Part shown: one piece after another, positions 15,394-24,334 of the stretch
Layout: each line of letters starts with the position of its first letter
Numbering within the stretch: position 1 is the first letter of the stretch
Translations under genes and position numbers: made by a program
The notes under the pieces: generated by a model
What the model saw: only the letters and a program-made list of their open reading frames with translations
Database searches by the model: none
Told to the model about the DNA's origin: nothing
NCBI GenBank assembly: GCA_018816625.1
Contig: JAHIVR010000108.1
Location: 1-27,196 of the forward strand
Direction of reading: 5' to 3'
From: Nanobdellota archaeon
GTDB lineage: Archaea; Nanobdellota; Nanobdellia; Pacearchaeales; GW2011-AR1
Length of the DNA stretch: 27,196 nucleotides

Positions 15394-16451
15394 TTTTTAA
15401 GAATGCACCCATCCAAATCACCCTTCTTAACCTTATCTAATCTATTTTGAAAATCGCCTATTAATTTAATAAGTTCTTCAGAAAGCATTTTCTTCATCTC
15501 TCCGCTTAGAATCTTTCCTTTCCTGTAATCCTCGTAAACCTCTTTTGTTTTTTTATCATCAAAGAAAAAATCTTTAAGATAAAGATAAGAAACATCCTTC
15601 TCGGAATTTCCACCTTTTTCTCTATGTTCATCAATGGTCTTTTGTCCACCAGAAAAAGCACTATTGACCTTTTTTATTATGTCTTTCTTAGAATCGCTAA
15701 AAAATATAGCGTTACTCTTAGATTTTGACATTTTCTCTCCATCCAATCCAGGCAAAAAACCAGCATGAAGTATTGAAGGGGCCCTATATCCCAGTCTTCT
15801 CGCAATATCTCTTGAGATTCTTATGTGGGCATCTTCATCAGGGCCTATTGGTACCAAAACATTCTTTATTCCAAACTTTTCCTGAGGAAACAAGATATGC
15901 GCTGCCTGAATTGCTGGATAAAAATGCAACCCAATATTCTCCTCGTTTTTATATCCGTAAGTCGCCTTTATCTCAGAAAGATTAATTTTCCTAGATAGTT
16001 TTATTGCTAAATTGTATATGTTTGTATAAATCTGATCTATAATAAAATAGGTTTTCTTGGGATTAAATCCGTAAGCCAAAAGCTCTTTAGCCAGTTTCAA
16101 AGCATTTTGTAAAGCCTCGTCCTGATTTTCAACCTTCCCCGCAACATAAGATTCATCGTCAGATATAGGAATAAATACTTTAACACCATACTTTTTTTGA
16201 AAAAACAAATTAGTATCGAAAACAACCTTATGCCCTATGTGTATTGTGCCAGAAGCGTTAAATCCTGAAAGAATAGCACACTTCTCTCCCCTCTTCAAGG
16301 CCGCAAAAAACCTATCAAAATCCCTATGGGAATATATCAGCCCCTTCTTAAAAGTGTAAAAATCTGGCAAATCCTTTAACTTCGATAAAGGCTCCGCTCC
16401 AAATCTCTTAACGAGCTTCTCATTATCTTCTTGAAGTTTCTTTAAATCCAT
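15390..16451 (-). CDS. trpS: Tryptophanyl-tRNA synthetase (archaeal/eukaryal type)
   Basis: HIGH (GTIHIGH), KMSKS, YPAIQAA, SGGQKTIDEHREKGGN. Confidence 0.93.
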   Translation of the reverse strand: MDLKKLQEDNEKLVKRFGAEPLSKLKDLPDFYTFKKGLIYSHRDFDRFFAALKRGEKCAILSGFNASGTIHIGHKVVFDTNLFFQKKYGVKVFIPISDDESYVAGKVENQDEALQNALKLAKELLAYGFNPKKTYFIIDQIYTNIYNLAIKLSRKINLSEIKATYGYKNEENIGLHFYPAIQAAHILFPQEKFGIKNVLVPIGPDEDAHIRISRDIARRLGYRAPSILHAGFLPGLDGEKMSKSKSNAIFFSDSKKDIIKKVNSAFSGGQKTIDEHREKGGNSEKDVSYLYLKDFFFDDKKTKEVYEDYRKGKILSGEMKKMLSEELIKLIGDFQNRLDKVKKGDLDGCILKN

Positions 16452-16563
16452 AACAAAAAGAAGCCCCCAACTCTTTTAAATTTATCCAAAATCCATCAAA
16501 AACATCAAAACATCCACATAATATTTATAAAGAATCGTTTGTTCAAGAAAACATAAAAAGAAA

Positions 16564-18594
16564 ATGAAAAAAGTCTTATTGCTTTTGGTAGGAATTCTCC
16601 TCATTTATTCTGTATCGGCAGAAATAATTATAACAAAACAACCAGTAGGAACCTATAATCTTGGGGAGATGGTGACAATACCCGTTACAATAAAAACACT
16701 AACAGATGTTTCAAATAGTTTAGAGATGACATTATTGTGTAACGGACACGAGATAAACTTCTACAAAAACGGGGTCTTCCTCTCTTCTGGAGAAGAAAAA
16801 AAATTCGAGGCCTCTCTTATTTTAACCGAATCCATGATAGGGAAGACGCTAGGAGCCTGTAAAATAAAAATAATGCTTGGAGATGAATACATCTTAACCG
16901 ATGATTTTTCAATATCTAGTCAGATAAGCCTCCACAATACCATTCAACAAACAGAAATATTTCCTGGAAAAGAGATAATTATTGATGGTGGTGCAACAAA
17001 AGAAAGCGGAAAAGATGTTAATGGTTTCCTAGAAATAGAAATATCCAAAGCAGATACCGCAAACGCAACAACCTATTTGAAAAAATTAGATACCATAAAC
17101 AATGGATTTTTCTCAGTAAATATAACTGCTCCAGAGGACATGCCAGCAGGAGAGTACCTTATAAAACTAATCGCTTATGAAAAAAGCGGACTAGGAGAAA
17201 TAACTAATCTTGGATACGGAAATAATAAGTTCTTAGTACTTCAAATAGCAAACAATATAGAGATAATAATTGAAAACCCAATAGTTGAACCAGGAACTTC
17301 CGCAAGAATAAAGGCAATACTCCACGATCAAACAGGAGAGAACATAGATTCGCTAACAACCCTTACAATAACTGATTCAAAAAATCAAATAAGGGAGAAA
17401 ATAGAAGTTGCAACAAACGAATTTTTTGATTTTCCTATATTAAGTAATGAACCTCCAGAAGAATTTAAAATAGTGGCGAACACCGGAGAACTCTCAAGTG
17501 AGATGACCTTTCAAATAATAGAAAAACCAAAAATTGATGTATTTGTTTTAAATAGAACTCTTTCAATAATAAACACCGGAAATGTTCCATACTGCAACAA
17601 ATCAGTATTAGTTAAAATAGGGGAAGAAACTCTAAATCTGGATGTCTGTCTAAACCTTGGTGAAGAACAAAAATACTCTCTAAGCGCCCCTGATGGAGAG
17701 TACTTAGTAGAAATAATAACCGAAGAAGAAACAAAAACTGCCGAAAATATTGTGCTTACTGGTAACGCAATAAGCATAAAAGAAGCATCCAGCAGCATAG
17801 GAACACTAACAAGACATCCCTTCATATGGCTTTTCGTTATGGGAATCTTGGGATTTATTGCAATGACTATCTATAAAAAAGGATATCAAAGAAGTTTTAT
17901 TGGAAGAATCGGCATAGGAAGAAAAAAAGAAACATATAAGACAACAGAAAACACTCCAAACCACACAGTACCAATGAGAAAAAAATCACTAATCAATACA
18001 AAAAATAAAGCAGAACTCTCACTGTCAATAAAAGGTGACAAACAAAACGTTTCAATTGTTGCACTAAAAATAAAAAACCTAAGAGAGCTTGAATCAGAAA
18101 AGGGAAATTCAGAGGAAACTCTCCAAAAGATAGTAAATCTAGCCGAAGAAAATAAAGCACTAAGTTATGAAAACCAGGACAATATCTTTTTTATATTCTC
18201 TCCTACAAAAACTAAGACATTTAAAAACGAAAAGATAGCAATTGAGCTTGCAAACAAAATACAACCAATACTAATACACCACAACAAAATGTTCAAACAG
18301 AAAATAGATTATGGAATAGCATTAAACTACGGAACAATTGTTGGTAAACAAGAACTCCAATCATTTAACTTCATGAGCATGGGAACCCTTATAACCACTG
18401 CTAAAAAACTATCTACAATATCTAAAGGAGAAATCCTTCTAGCAGAAAAAATAAAGGAAAGAGTAGATACAAGCGTAAAAACAGAAAGAAAAATTAGTGG
18501 AACCACAAAATACTTCACCATAAAATCTATACAAGACACAGACCAACACAAACAATTCATTAAAAGTTTTCTAGAAAGAATTGAAAAGAAATAA
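16564..18594 (+). CDS. Single-pass membrane protein: large exported beta-rich region + TM + degenerate class III nucleotidyl-cyclase-like domain
   Basis: Signal peptide; TM HPFIWLFVMGILGFIAMTIY (about 17815-17874); C-terminal pattern VSIVALKIKN...QDNIFFIF...YGIALNYG...MGTLITTAKKL...GEILL. The ORF is certain; the domain call is tentative. Confidence 0.6.
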   Translation: MKKVLLLLVGILLIYSVSAEIIITKQPVGTYNLGEMVTIPVTIKTLTDVSNSLEMTLLCNGHEINFYKNGVFLSSGEEKKFEASLILTESMIGKTLGACKIKIMLGDEYILTDDFSISSQISLHNTIQQTEIFPGKEIIIDGGATKESGKDVNGFLEIEISKADTANATTYLKKLDTINNGFFSVNITAPEDMPAGEYLIKLIAYEKSGLGEITNLGYGNNKFLVLQIANNIEIIIENPIVEPGTSARIKAILHDQTGENIDSLTTLTITDSKNQIREKIEVATNEFFDFPILSNEPPEEFKIVANTGELSSEMTFQIIEKPKIDVFVLNRTLSIINTGNVPYCNKSVLVKIGEETLNLDVCLNLGEEQKYSLSAPDGEYLVEIITEEETKTAENIVLTGNAISIKEASSSIGTLTRHPFIWLFVMGILGFIAMTIYKKGYQRSFIGRIGIGRKKETYKTTENTPNHTVPMRKKSLINTKNKAELSLSIKGDKQNVSIVALKIKNLRELESEKGNSEETLQKIVNLAEENKALSYENQDNIFFIFSPTKTKTFKNEKIAIELANKIQPILIHHNKMFKQKIDYGIALNYGTIVGKQELQSFNFMSMGTLITTAKKLSTISKGEILLAEKIKERVDTSVKTERKISGTTKYFTIKSIQDTDQHKQFIKSFLERIEKK

Positions 18595-18639
18595 ATACCT
18601 AAAAAAATTTATCTATTGCTGAAATTAATGTGCAAGAAA

Positions 18640-18775
18640 TTAAATTTAACTCACTAAAGCTCGGAATTTCCCAAAATATACTAATAAGGTATAGATTTTG
18701 CCCCCAGAACGTTGTATTAACAGCTAACATCAATATCAAATGAATTGGGTGAAAGAACCAATTTCTTCTTAGTTA
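18640..18775 (-). mobile_element. Possible degenerate non-autonomous IS200/IS605 derivative (end remnants)
   Basis: 18761-18775 is identical to 20947-20961 (15 bp, IS left end). 18652-18671 (CACTAAAG...GGAATTTCC) resembles the IS right end at 20360-20379. Confidence 0.35.
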
Positions 18776-18830
18776 TGTAGACACTAATCTAAAAAATAAT
18801 TTTATAAATACCCCTTACTTTAGATTACCT

Positions 18831-19907
18831 ATGAAAAGAGGGGATAAAAAAGGCTTATCCACCGTTATTGTAACTCTCATATTAATAGGACTAGGAATAG
18901 TTGCGGTGGTGCTTGTGTGGGCGGTAATAGGAAAAACTATTTCTGAAGGAAGCAATGAAGTAGAATTGGGAAAATTCACTATTAACCTAAAGATAGAAAA
19001 AGTTATTATAAATGACGGTTCTGTGGAAATTACCGTAAAAAGAGATGTTGGAAGGGGGGAAATCTCTGGATTGAATATAGTTTTCTTTGACGGAGCCCAA
19101 CAAAAAATAGTGAAGGTTAATTCCCTTGATTTAGGAGAGCTAACAACAAAAAAATTCACAGTCGATTATCCTGGCATTATTAAAAGCGTTGGAGTCGCTC
19201 CTCTTTTAAAGTCAGACTCGGACTCTGTTGTTGCTGGAAAAATACAAGGAACAATAGAATATTCTGGTAGAGAGGCAATAGAAAACATACCTGGACTAGT
19301 ATCGTGGTGGAGATTTGAAGGTAATGCCCAGGATGAAGTAGGAGATAACAATGGTGTAGCTAATGGAGCAACACAAACAGATGGAAAATTTGGAAAAGCC
19401 TATGCATTTGACGGAGCTGATGATTATATCAATATTACAAATGATGTTTCACTTCAATTAGAAAACTCAAACTTCACAATAGCAACATGGGTTTATTTAA
19501 ATGATTATACGGCAGTTTGGAAATCTTTTGTAACTAAAGGGAATATATTTAATTTTGTGGATGGTTATGGTTTAGCAACTTTAAATGATGCTCCTTTTTT
19601 TGGAACCAGATACTCAAGTGCTGCCAGCACTAATACTCTCTCCTCAGATAATTGGTACCATATAACAGGAACACATGATTTTAATAATGCTGGCAATACT
19701 ATAATAAAAATTTATATAAATGGTGATCTAGATAGAGAAGAGGTTTTAGCTTCAACATCATCAACACTAACTAATGATCATTTATTAATTGGAACAGATG
19801 AGAACATTGTCTGGGACTTCAACGGAAAAATAGATGAATTCATGATTTTTAATACAACACTATCAGAAGATGATATTCTAGCACTATATAATTTAGATTT
19901 AAGTTAG
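18831..19907 (+). CDS. Archaeal type IV pilin-like protein with C-terminal LamG / ConA-like domain
   Basis: Class III signal peptide MKRGDKKG|LSTVIVTLILI; LamG hallmarks LVSWWRFEG, GKFGKAYAFDG, WYHITGT, KIYING, FNGKIDEFMIFN. Confidence 0.85.
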   Translation: MKRGDKKGLSTVIVTLILIGLGIVAVVLVWAVIGKTISEGSNEVELGKFTINLKIEKVIINDGSVEITVKRDVGRGEISGLNIVFFDGAQQKIVKVNSLDLGELTTKKFTVDYPGIIKSVGVAPLLKSDSDSVVAGKIQGTIEYSGREAIENIPGLVSWWRFEGNAQDEVGDNNGVANGATQTDGKFGKAYAFDGADDYINITNDVSLQLENSNFTIATWVYLNDYTAVWKSFVTKGNIFNFVDGYGLATLNDAPFFGTRYSSAASTNTLSSDNWYHITGTHDFNNAGNTIIKIYINGDLDREEVLASTSSTLTNDHLLIGTDENIVWDFNGKIDEFMIFNTTLSEDDILALYNLDLS

Positions 19908-19949
19908 ATTTCAAAAATATAAAGAGGAGAGGTTGTACTATTCCATTTT

Positions 19950-20330
19950 CTATCTTCTGCTCTTAGTTGTAAGGAGTATTGTCCTTTTTTTAGCTCTCCA
20001 AAAAGTCCCTTTCCTTGAGCGCCAATAACCGCTCCCACCTGCTTCAAAAGAGAAAGCCTCTCCCCTAAGGGCCCTAGCCATATCTCCATCGTATTTGAAG
20101 GTTATTACATTGCTAATTCTTTTTGTATCGCCTCTACCATAAACAAAAATAGTAAGTGATCTTAAATCTCCATCAACATCTCTTGCAGAAAACCTGGCAC
20201 TATAGGTGTGTGCTCCATCAACAAAAACAGGAGTTATCTCATAATCTAAAACTGGAACATTGGATTCACCGCCACATCCCAAGGCAATAACTGCCAATCC
20301 CCCAATAACAGTTTTCCTTATTGCTCCCAT
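19950..20330 (-). CDS. Hypothetical lipoprotein-like protein
   Basis: Signal peptide ending in a lipobox-like IALG|C; the C-terminus looks atypical and may be degraded. Confidence 0.5.
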   Translation of the reverse strand: MGAIRKTVIGGLAVIALGCGGESNVPVLDYEITPVFVDGAHTYSARFSARDVDGDLRSLTIFVYGRGDTKRISNVITFKYDGDMARALRGEAFSFEAGGSGYWRSRKGTFWRAKKRTILLTTKSRR

Positions 20331-20346
20331 TTTATTTTACACTATA

Positions 20347-20957
20347 TGACATCCTCCCACACTAAAGTGTGGAGTTTCCATGATGCTCTGACTGATTTCT
20401 TACATAATTCCTGACTACATCAAGTTGAACAAATCCAACACTAGAAGCAAATTTTCCTCTACTCCACAAATGTCCTTTTGAATAACGAAGCCTTGCTTTT
20501 TTATGAAACTCAAAAAATAATTTTGAAGAACCTCCTTTCAATAATTGCAATGTCTTTGAAACAAACATCGTAAAACTTACTCCCACAACACAATGAACGT
20601 GTTCTGGTTGAACATCAAGTTCAATTATTTTTATGTTGTGTCTCGACGCTGATCTCCTAACGCAAGCAGTTAGAAGATTTTTATATTTTAGTTTTCTAAA
20701 CATCTTATATCAATATTTAATACACCATTCTAAATGTAACATCATAACTCCAACGCTATGATCTGTTCTTTCATACTGGTTAATTTGTAATTGTTCATCC
20801 ATTTTATTCTCCGAAAGGTTTATTTAGAAAGAAAGCTACTGCTAATTGTAACATTCAGGAGGTTAGTATCTAACCTTCTTTTATAATCAATTCTTAGAAT
20901 AAATAATCAGCGGGGAGAAACTTCACTCCATCTTAAAAAAATGGAGATTTCTTCTTA
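20347..20957 (-). mobile_element. IS200-family element (tnpA only)
   Basis: Subterminal hairpins CTCCAT-N9-ATGGAG (20926-20946) and CCACAC-TAAA-GTGTGG (20357-20372). On the minus strand the element follows TTAAC and ends ...GGAGGATGTCA. Boundaries are approximate. Confidence 0.8.
20362..20802 (-). pseudogene. tnpA: IS200 Y1 HUH transposase with an in-frame TGA at codon 31 (20710-20712)
   Basis: MDEQ...HSVG..LHLEWCIKY*YKMF, where TGA replaces the Arg of KYRY; HUH motif EHVH, LKGGSS, LWSRGKF, NYVRNQ. Confidence 0.9.
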
Positions 20958-20987
20958 GTTAAGAAAAGCCCATATATTTATATTTAA

Positions 20988-21947
20988 CTATTTCTTTTTT
21001 ATTTTAACTAATTTACTCTCTTTTGGAACTTCCTTAAACTCTGGCTTATGGTCCTTATCTTTTTTAGAGTCCTTATCTTGAATTTTTTTCTTAAACATAA
21101 AAAACCGTGTAAACTTTCCAGATTCTCCTGATTTTTTTGGAAAAGATTTTTTTTGTGTTTCTTCTTTTGAAACATTTTTTGAAGAAGTCTTTTTAGCCAC
21201 TTCCTTCCTCACAATATCTTTTACCTCGCTCTTAGAAAATTTTTTCTTAACATAATCCGATAAGAATAGTCTTAATAAGACTCCAAAAATAAGAAGAACA
21301 GCCCCAATAAGCATCATCAAACCAGAAACAGAACCTGCTTTAGAAATAAATATATCCAAGAAAGCTTTATAAGAATCTCCTAAAAGTGAAAGGACTAAAC
21401 TTATTTTTGACACAATAAATCCTGAAAAAAGTATAAACGATCCCAAAAGGATTGGATAATTCATTTTATTCTCAATCAAGAAAAAGATCAAAACCGAGAG
21501 TATAATAAAAGCTATTAAAGAATAATAAAATTTATCCATCCAGTATGTTTTAGCCTTTTCGGATATTAAAACAAAAATACCTTTTCCATCATTAAGGCAC
21601 TCCCAAAATCCACAAGAGTATCCCTCATAATAAACATCGGCAACAAGTTGTTCAATTGCATAATTTATAACTGCTCCCTCTCCTTTTTCTACCTCAGAAC
21701 AAGGAATCGTAAGACTAAACCCTTCGGCATTAATAACAAACTCGGACCTATCCAAACAGTTTTGCTGTGACAAAGAAAATTCAAACCCGCCCTTTCCTAC
21801 CTCATGCCTAATGAAAGAACCCAAACCATTCTGAACACCTTCATAATTTAAAGAAGTTGATAGAACTAAGAATAATCCTCCAGCCAAAAGACTAAGAAAT
21901 AACAAACTACTCACTATAACTAAAAGCCCACCCCTTATCACTCCCAT
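20988..21947 (-). CDS. Hypothetical multi-pass membrane protein with Lys-rich tail
   Basis: About four hydrophobic segments; CxGFWEC; basic C-terminus. Confidence 0.8.
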   Translation of the reverse strand: MGVIRGGLLVIVSSLLFLSLLAGGLFLVLSTSLNYEGVQNGLGSFIRHEVGKGGFEFSLSQQNCLDRSEFVINAEGFSLTIPCSEVEKGEGAVINYAIEQLVADVYYEGYSCGFWECLNDGKGIFVLISEKAKTYWMDKFYYSLIAFIILSVLIFFLIENKMNYPILLGSFILFSGFIVSKISLVLSLLGDSYKAFLDIFISKAGSVSGLMMLIGAVLLIFGVLLRLFLSDYVKKKFSKSEVKDIVRKEVAKKTSSKNVSKEETQKKSFPKKSGESGKFTRFFMFKKKIQDKDSKKDKDHKPEFKEVPKESKLVKIKKK

Positions 21948-21991
21948 AAATTAAATAAGAAAGAGCAGTTTAAAAAGTTTCTACATCCTTT

Positions 21992-22015
21992 AATTTGACC
22001 AAGCCTGAACAAATT
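21992..22015. repeat. Diverged mini-element copy F, intergenic downstream of htpX
   Basis: TTGACCAAGCCTGAACAAA is 16/19 identical to copy A; outer arms AATTTG/CAAATT. Confidence 0.55.
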
Positions 22016-22024
22016 TACAAAAAC

Positions 22025-22912
22025 TCACATTCGTTCTAAAACCTTTATCCTATCAGACAAAGGGGGATGTGTTCTTCCAGCATTCTTAAAAGGATTTGAT
22101 ATAAACAAAGGAGCAATAGCCTTATTTACTTTCTTTTCCGGCTCAGGATTCTCGCTCTGTATCTTTTTTAAAGCACTAATCAACCCATTAGGGTATCTTG
22201 TGAATTTAACTGCAGAAGCATCTGCACTAAACTCTCTTTTCCTTGAAATAGCCATTTGAACAAAAAATACAACAATTGGGGCAAGAATAGCCAAAACTAT
22301 TCCAATTATCATAAAAATAGCTCCAGCTCGATTGTCTTTTCCTCCACCACCTCCGGCCCCAAACCACAAACTCCTAAGAAAAAGCTGGCTTATTATAGAA
22401 ACCATTCCGACCATAACCGCAACAAGAGTCATGAATCTGATATCATAAGTAGCTATATGCCCAAGCTCGTGAGCTAAAACTCCTTCCAACTCTCTTTTAT
22501 CAAGTTTTTCCAATGCACCTTCAGTAACACAAATAACCGCATGCTCCGGATCTCTTCCACTAGCAAAAGCATTTATATTTTTTGATTTCATAATATAAAG
22601 TTTGGGTTTAGGCAAACCAGAAGCAAGAGTCAATCCTTCAACAAGGTTATGATACTCCCTATACTCGCTATCCTTCGCTTCTTTAGCACCAACACTCGCA
22701 ATTGCTATTTTATGGGAGTTGTAATAGCTTATCCAGATATAAAGAATTGATATTATTGTTGCTACAATCATTATAATAAAAAATAACCCAGGATCAGTTG
22801 CCATAGTTATAACATATCCTAAAACAATAATTACAATAAAAATTATTATCATAAGAAAAAAACTCTTCCACTTGTTTCTTGATATCTGGTCCCTAAAGTC
22901 TATTCTCTCCAT
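22025..22912 (-). CDS. htpX: Membrane zinc metalloprotease HtpX (M48)
   Basis: NAFASG, HELGH, SRKREFSADA, THPP..RI. Confidence 0.95.
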   Translation of the reverse strand: MERIDFRDQISRNKWKSFFLMIIIFIVIIVLGYVITMATDPGLFFIIMIVATIISILYIWISYYNSHKIAIASVGAKEAKDSEYREYHNLVEGLTLASGLPKPKLYIMKSKNINAFASGRDPEHAVICVTEGALEKLDKRELEGVLAHELGHIATYDIRFMTLVAVMVGMVSIISQLFLRSLWFGAGGGGGKDNRAGAIFMIIGIVLAILAPIVVFFVQMAISRKREFSADASAVKFTRYPNGLISALKKIQSENPEPEKKVNKAIAPLFISNPFKNAGRTHPPLSDRIKVLERM

Positions 22913-22946
22913 AAGTAATAAAATAAGAATGGGTTTTTAATTTTAA

Positions 22947-23486
22947 CTAAGAAGCTATAGAAAATAAATGGCTCTTAAAAGGGGCATATAATCCTTCCGG
23001 AGTTCTTTCAAATGTCTTTATCATTACTACTTCATCCATGTTTGTTTCATATAAAGGAATCCTTGCCAACTCAGAGTATCCCATTGTTCTTACCATCTCT
23101 ACTAAACCTGGTTGATTAGCCCTTATATCCGTAATCATTGCGTCATACTCTTCAGGGGTTTCAACTTCAGCCTGTCTAAGCATAAAAGTTGCAAAATGTC
23201 TTCCTCTGACCTGTTCGTGAACCCTCATATTCTTTACCTCTCTTATTCTTGGAAATTGTCTGTGTTGTTGATAAACGCAGTCGCCAACGAGAACCCCATT
23301 ACTTTGTGCGATAATACATCTTTTGTCCCCTTGTGCCAACTCAACCCTTGTTTTTTCAACCCAGTCCGCATAATTTGGATAACTCAAACTTTGAGCATGC
23401 AAAAATGTGCTTAGTCTGTCTCTATCTCTAACACTTTCAACCATCCTAAAATTAAAGTCAAACCCCATAACCACAGAAATTATCAA
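22947..23486 (-). CDS. GNAT-family acetyltransferase
   Basis: EVKNMRVHEQVRGRHFATFML (motif A-like); located between lemA and htpX. Confidence 0.7.
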   Translation of the reverse strand: MIISVVMGFDFNFRMVESVRDRDRLSTFLHAQSLSYPNYADWVEKTRVELAQGDKRCIIAQSNGVLVGDCVYQQHRQFPRIREVKNMRVHEQVRGRHFATFMLRQAEVETPEEYDAMITDIRANQPGLVEMVRTMGYSELARIPLYETNMDEVVMIKTFERTPEGLYAPFKSHLFSIAS

Positions 23487-23509
23487 TCATTCATAAAGAT
23501 TATCGTTCT

Positions 23510-24064
23510 CTAATCAAACTTTACTTTAACAGGCTTCTTCTCAGCCTCCGCAATCTTTATGTATTCTCCAGCCTTTTTACCATACACCCCTGCAAAAAAA
23601 TTTCCAGGGAAAGTCTTACATAAATTATTATAAGCCAGTATAGAATCATTGTAGAACTGCCTTGAATAAGCAACTTTATCCTCGGTTGTTGTCAATTCGC
23701 CCTGTAATTGAAGGAAGTTTGTGTTTGCCTTTAAATCCGGATACCCTTCAGCTATGGCAAAGATTGTCTTAAGTGCACTCTCCAAGCCTTTATCTGCTTT
23801 AACCTTTCCCGGAAGATCCTTGGCCGAAACAAGCGCTTTTCTAGCATCAGTAACAGCCTTTATGGCTGCTTTTTCGTGTTTCATAAACCCTTTAACAGCC
23901 TCAATCAAATTCGGAATCAAATCCGCTCTTCTTTTAAGCTGAACATCTATCTGACTAAGAGAATTGTCAATTCTATTTCCCAATCTAGCAAATCTATTAA
24001 AATAAGAGAAAAATACAATTGCTAAAATAACTACAACAGCAATTAGTATCCATAACCACAACAT
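23510..24064 (-). CDS. lemA: LemA family protein
   Basis: N-terminal TM, SQIDVQLKRRADLIPNL, EGYPDLKANTNFLQLQ, RQFYND. Confidence 0.95.
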   Translation of the reverse strand: MLWLWILIAVVVILAIVFFSYFNRFARLGNRIDNSLSQIDVQLKRRADLIPNLIEAVKGFMKHEKAAIKAVTDARKALVSAKDLPGKVKADKGLESALKTIFAIAEGYPDLKANTNFLQLQGELTTTEDKVAYSRQFYNDSILAYNNLCKTFPGNFFAGVYGKKAGEYIKIAEAEKKPVKVKFD

Positions 24065-24115
24065 AAAAAATTCAGGAAAATTAAATTTATAAACCTATCT
24101 AAATTACTAAGAAAG

Positions 24116-24295
24116 ATGGTAAAGATAAATCGTCAAGGATGTATAGGATGTGGAAACTGCCCTTCGGTTTGTCCAGAGGTTTTCGAGATGGCTGATGATG
24201 GAAAGGCGAGTGTAAAAAAAGGACAAGCCAAATCAGCAAACCCTTGTGTGGATAAAGCAATAGAAGAATGCCCGGTAAATGTGATAAGCAAATAG
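24116..24295 (+). CDS. Single-cluster [4Fe-4S] ferredoxin (59 aa; not in the ORF track)
   Basis: Translated by hand: MVKINRQGCIGCGNCPSVCPEVFEMADDGKA...CVDKAIEECPVNVISK; CxxCxxC...CP. Confidence 0.93.
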   Translation: MVKINRQGCIGCGNCPSVCPEVFEMADDGKASVKKGQAKSANPCVDKAIEECPVNVISK

Positions 24296-24334
24296 AACAA
24301 AAACCTTTATTAACTTTCTTAGATTTTAATCATT

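Noticed and set aside
16490-16515. CATCAAAA tandem-like words upstream of 16564
   Set aside because: Short low-complexity A/C-rich sequence; no supportable function.
20710-20712. TGA read-through or genetic-code reassignment in tnpA
   Set aside because: All other genes read through with the standard code (Trp as TGG, no other internal TGA); a point mutation at a CGA codon is simpler.
2451-22015. Palindromic repeats as CRISPR repeats
   Set aside because: The copies are kilobases apart, have no regular spacers, and no cas genes are present in the window.
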